Position numbers and translations under genes: made by a program
Source of the DNA: Eledone cirrhosa
Lineage: Eukaryota
Direction of reading: 5' to 3'
Assembly (NCBI GenBank): GCA_964016885.1
Contig: OZ024741.1
Coordinates: 405,666,001 to 405,730,000 of the forward strand
Length of the DNA stretch: 64,000 bases
The notes under the pieces: generated by a model
Told to the model about the DNA's origin: nothing
The model's database searches: none
What the model saw: the letters and a program-made list of their open reading frames with translations, nothing else
In this document: positions 62,401 through 64,000 of the stretch, piece after piece
Position numbering within the stretch: the stretch's first letter is position 1
Layout: every line of letters starts with the position of its first letter

Positions 62401-64000
62401 CTGAAAGTACTTAGGTTCATACTGCCTGGTTTATTTCAGGTTATTGAGATTGGTAGAATTGTAGACTAGCTGAAAGTATTTAGGTTCATACTGCCTGGTC
62501 TATTTCAGGTTATTGAGATTAGAAGAATTGTAGACTAGCTGAAAGTATTTAGGTTCATACTGCCTGGTTTATTTCAGGTTATTGAGATTGGAAGAATTGT
62601 AGACTAGCTGAAAGTATTTAGGTTCATGCTGCCTGGTTTATTTCAGGTTATTGAGATTGGAAGAATTGTAGACAAGCTGAAAGCATTTAGGTTCAAACTG
62701 CCTGGTTTATTTCAGGTTATTGAGATTAGAAGAATTGTAGACTAGCTGAAAGTATTTAGGTTCATACTGCCTGGTTTATTTCAGGTTATTGAGATTAGAA
62801 GAATTGTAGACAAGCTGAAAGCATTTAGGTTCAAACTGCCTGGTTTATTTCAGGTTATTGAGATTAGAAGAATTGTAGACTAGCTGAAAGTATTTAGGTT
62901 CATACTGCCTGGTTTATTTCAGGTTATTGAGATTGGAAGAATTGTAGACAAGCTGAAAGTATTTAGGTTCAAACTGCCTGGTTTATTTCAGGTTATTGAG
63001 ATTGGAAGAATTGTAGACTAGCTGAAAGTATTTAGGTTCATACTGCCTGGTCTATTTCAGGTTCTTGAGATTGCAAGAATTGTAGACTAGCTGAAAGCAT
63101 TTAGGTTCATACTGCCTAGTTTATTTCAGGTTATTGAGATTGGAAGAATTGTCAACTAGCTGAAAGTATTTAGGTTCAAACTGCCTGGTTTATTTCAGGT
63201 TATTGAAATTAGAAGAATTGTAGACAAGCTGAAAGTATTTAGGTTCATACTGCCTGGTTTATTTCAGGTTATTGAGATTAGGGAGAATTGTAGGCTAGCT
63301 GAAAGTATTTAGGTTCATACTGCCTGGTTTATTTCAGGTTATTGAGATTATAAGAATTGTAGACTAGCTGAAAGTATTTAGGTTCATACTGCCTGGTTTA
63401 TTTCAGGTTATTGAGATTCGGAGAATTGTAGACTAGCTGACAGTATTTAGGTTCATACTGCCTGGTCTATTTCAGGTTATTGAGACTGGGAGAATTGTAG
63501 ACTAGCTGAAAGTATTTAGGTTCATACTGCCTGGTCTATTTCAGGTTATTGAGACTGGGAGAATTGTAGACTAGCTGAAAGTATTTAGGTTCATACTGCC
63601 TGGTTTATTTCAGGTTATTGAGATTAGGGAGAATTGTAGACTAGCTGACAGTATTTAGGTTCATACTGCCTGGTTTATTTCAGGTTATTGAGATTAGGGA
63701 GAATTGTAGACTAGCTGACAGTATTTAGGTTCATACTGCCTGGTTTATTTCAGGTTATTGAGATTAGGGAGAATTGTAGACTAGCTGACAGTATTTAGGT
63801 TCATACTGCCTGGTTTATTTCAGGTTATTGAGATTAGGGAGAATTGTAGACTAGCTGAAAGTATTTAGGTTCATACTGCCTGGTCTATTTCAGGTTATTG
63901 AGATTCGGAGAATTGTAGACTAGCTGACAGTATTTAGGTTCATACTGCCTGGTTTATTTCAGGTTATTGAGATTAGGGAGAATTGTAGACTAGCTGAAAG
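44401..64000. repeat. Satellite DNA array, 69/70-bp monomer, ~280 copies, continuing past the window end
   Basis: Consensus TATTTCAGGTTATTGAGATT(A)GGAAGAATTGTAGACTAGCTGAAAGTATTTAGGTTCATACTGCCTGGT(T/C); uninterrupted head-to-tail with recurrent variants. Confidence 0.98.

Noticed and set aside
44401-64000. CRISPR array or repeat-protein gene (23-aa periodic ORF 44458-44643)
   Set aside because: No unique spacers or cas genes, and the context is eukaryotic; most monomers have an in-frame TAG and the 70-bp variants break the frame.

Overview
Eukaryotic, repeat-dominated window with no confidently supported host gene; the AT-rich, microsatellite- and SINE-laden context suggests an invertebrate, possibly a cephalopod (inference). 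It has three zones. (1) 1-29.9 kb: an uninterrupted head-to-tail array of eight minus-strand L1/Tx1-type non-LTR retrotransposons (ORF1 with a CCHC knuckle; ORF2 with APE endonuclease, RT and CCHC). They belong to at least three subfamilies, three copies are full length (~5.7-5.8 kb), and every copy is separated from the next only by a (GATA)n/(TATC)n tract, which suggests a GATA-microsatellite-targeted retrotransposon. The subfamilies share a 5' splice-donor consensus at the ORF1 stop and paired 5'UTR hairpins. (2) 29.9-44.4 kb: AT-rich DNA with tRNA-derived SINEs, microsatellites and at least seven type I hammerhead ribozyme motifs from four sequence families. These lie in inverted or tandem Penelope-like/retrozyme-like repeats, including a 480-bp tandem unit. 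(3) 44.4-64 kb: a 69/70-bp satellite array with higher-order duplications, including a 4,647-bp block.
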